Source of the DNA: Lama glama
Lineage: Eukaryota
DNA: 64,000 nucleotides
Direction: 5' to 3'
NCBI GenBank assembly: GCA_028534125.1
Contig: CM052818.1
Span: 10,480,001-10,544,000, forward strand
The number at the start of each line of letters is the position of its first letter. The stretch's first letter is position 1. A program made the position numbers and the translations under genes. Below are positions 61,938 through 64,000 of this stretch, in pieces. The notes under the pieces were generated by a model. That model made no database searches. It saw only the letters and a list, made by a program, of their open reading frames with translations, and was not told the DNA's origin.

Positions 61938-62171
61938 CGGGGGGGGGGGGGCAGCATGCTTTTTCTGCAAATGTCCAGACAGTAAACCTTTTAGGCCTTG
62001 AGGGGGGGGTCACACAGTCTCTGTCACAACCACTCAGCTCTGCCCCTGTGGTGTGAACGCAGCCATGGACAATACAAATGAACAGACAAGGCTGGGTCCC
62101 AGTGAAACTCTACTTACCAAAACAGGAAGCAAGCAGGACTTGGCCTGCAGGCCGTAGTTTGCTGACCCCTG
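61938..62171. mobile_element. hAT-Charlie MITE MER58A with a poly-G expansion in the left TIR
   Basis: c(g)13cagca...ccagacagtaaaccttttaggcc...gccgtagtttgctgacccctg. Confidence 0.9.
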
Positions 62172-62994
62172 GTTTATGGAGGCAAAAAGATTCTATTCTT
62201 AGGCACTTACCAATCTTGTATTCAGAGATTTAACCTGGAGTAATACAGAGTTTGTTAAGTTAGGAATGAGGAGCTATGGGCTATGACGGCAGTCCTGCCA
62301 TGGCTTGTGGTACCTTGTTTAACCTCTCAGGCTTTAATTTCCTCATTTTAAAACAAGGGGCTCAGGTTAAGTGACCTTTAAGGTTTCTTGCAGTTGGAAA
62401 ATTGTGAGCTCCTCTTACAAGTATTGGTAGTTCCAAATTTCAGGCTCTAAGGAATATCCTTCCCTTATCTTCATTGTCATGTAGGGTTCTTAATGACACA
62501 GGTGACACTTGGAGAGCGGTCTGGGAGAGAGAGTGACACTTTAGCTAGTGCCTGTTTGCTGTTCCGATGTTTTGCTTTCTAAACCTGACCCTAGATCACC
62601 TTGGTCTGGAGCCTCATTTACTCCCTCGGTAAATCTCACATTCAAAACATTCTGTTGGCCCCATTTTTCTCTGCCATCGACAGCAGAGTCAGAAACTGTT
62701 CTGTCTCCTGCTTTTGTTCTGTTGCTTCTATGAATGAGCTCCTACCTTGTGCAGCTTTTCATTCAAGTGACTCCTATCCCCAGTGGACTGAGACAGAGTC
62801 TACACTCATGCTGATTTGTCTTTCCCCAAAGTGTGGTGATGAGCACACGGCAAATGCTCACTACGTCCCTGTTGATTTGAATTCAGGAAAGAAGGTGATG
62901 GACCCCTTTCCCCCCATTACTCCACATTCCCCTGAAAGATTGCTGGTGAGAGAACTTGTGGGATAACCTCAAGGTATGAAATAAAATTGATACT

Positions 62995-63690
62995 AATTAT
63001 AACCATAGCTGTGATGTGTTGAGCACTCTAGTGGATGGTGTTGGTACTCTGCCCAAATAACCTTGAATCCTTTTTACCATTTTTGTGTACCCCCAGCCAC
63101 TTTGCTTCCCACAGTCAGCAACAGCATCTCTTCTTCTGGAGGACTGTCTTCAGATTATAAGAGTCTACTTTGCTCATGGTTGGGAGAACTAAAAAGTACC
63201 TGGGAATTTAGACCCCTCTCAGGGAGGCCTTCACCAATGACTAATAGGCCCAGGAGTATGGATGCCCAGTTTCTTGCCTTCTGGTGACTCTGAGGCACAA
63301 CTTACAATCTAGAGTTCCCGTGGGGATCAGACCGAAGTGACCTGCCGTGAGACTTTACCTGAAATCAAGTCTTTTTCTGGCCATCTCCCCTTTCTTGTCC
63401 TGCTTCTCCTATTCCCTTCCAGATTTGCCCTGGGAAAAATTTCTTAGTAAATCACAAACACACATGAATCCTCAATTGAGGGTCTGATTCTAGGGGAGCC
63501 CCTAAAAAATAATCTACTATGTTGCAACCACTATATTAAGCACTTGGCACAATTTTCCACTCATCGCCGACCCACTCCTGCTTGGTACAACCCATTTTGC
63601 AGATGAAGAAACTGAGGCCCAGAGAGAGAAATGACTTTCCTAGTTTCACTTAGCTAGGAAGTGGCATGTCCAGAATTCTGGCTTTGTCTA
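62995..63690 (-). mobile_element. MIR SINE interrupted by the LTR16A (pieces ~62995-63026 and ~63512-63690)
   Basis: atagctgtgatgtgttgagcac before the LTR; tactatgttg...cccattttgcagatgaagaaactgaggcccagagag...gctaggaagtggca after it. Confidence 0.8.
63027..63510 (+). mobile_element. ERVL solo LTR, LTR16A-like
   Basis: Starts tagtggatggtgttggtactctgccca and ends atgaatcctcaattgagggtctgattctaggggagccc. Confidence 0.75.
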
Positions 63691-64000
63691 TGGAATCTAC
63701 ATACACTCCTTCTTCTCTGTGAGGTTTGTTCTAAGTAAAGTGAATCATTCTTTGAGGGAAGTTATCACAAAGGTGCCAGAGACTCTGCCATTTTGCCTCA
63801 GAGGGGCCTCTGCCTTAGAAAGAGCTCTTTCTTGCATGTCAGGACATGAGGGGTCTTACTTCCTTCTGGGAGAACTGGAAAACTTGGGCAACTGGACAGA
63901 ATGCTTTGTTTTTCTTCTTATTTTTTAACAAAACATCAGAATAAGTAAAATGGCAGCTGCCAGAAATATTGTCCTTGTCTCTCTCCAAGTGCCAGTAAAA

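Noticed and set aside
37966..62171. Four MER58 copies all in the same orientation
   Set aside because: A 1-in-8 chance event for an abundant family; not meaningful alone.
1..64000. CRISPR arrays, operons, tRNA/rRNA/snRNA genes, intact ERV or transposase ORFs, or a novel multi-gene system
   Set aside because: None seen. The DNA is eukaryotic and non-coding, and the only tRNA-like boxes belong to SINEs. The host locus cannot be named from the sequence alone.

Overview
64 kb of non-coding mammalian (eutherian) genomic DNA, intergenic or deep-intronic, probably from a camelid or other cetartiodactyl, judged from recalled lineage-type L1 3' ends at 40.7-41.6 kb and 48.3-48.5 kb. I recognise no protein-coding gene, processed pseudogene or structural RNA gene. 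The six-frame ORFs are short chance ORFs, decayed L1/LTR sequence, microsatellite read-through or N-gap artefacts. A large part of the window is interspersed repeat: L1 (old L1M-type and young), L2, MIR, ERVL/MaLR/ERV1 solo LTRs, and Tigger and hAT DNA transposons. There is one 500-N assembly gap. Repeat-poor islands carry clusters of transcription-factor motifs and retained CpGs, consistent with an enhancer landscape. The two most interesting observations are (1) a probable LF-SINE ('living fossil' SINE) relic at ~53.08-53.26 kb beside a CpG/motif-rich island, and (2) a probable ~1.6 kb local inversion revealed by an L1 split into consensus-contiguous halves of opposite orientation (15.7-19.0 kb). 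All family assignments come from remembered consensus sequences, not a database search. I found no evidence for a novel multi-gene system.
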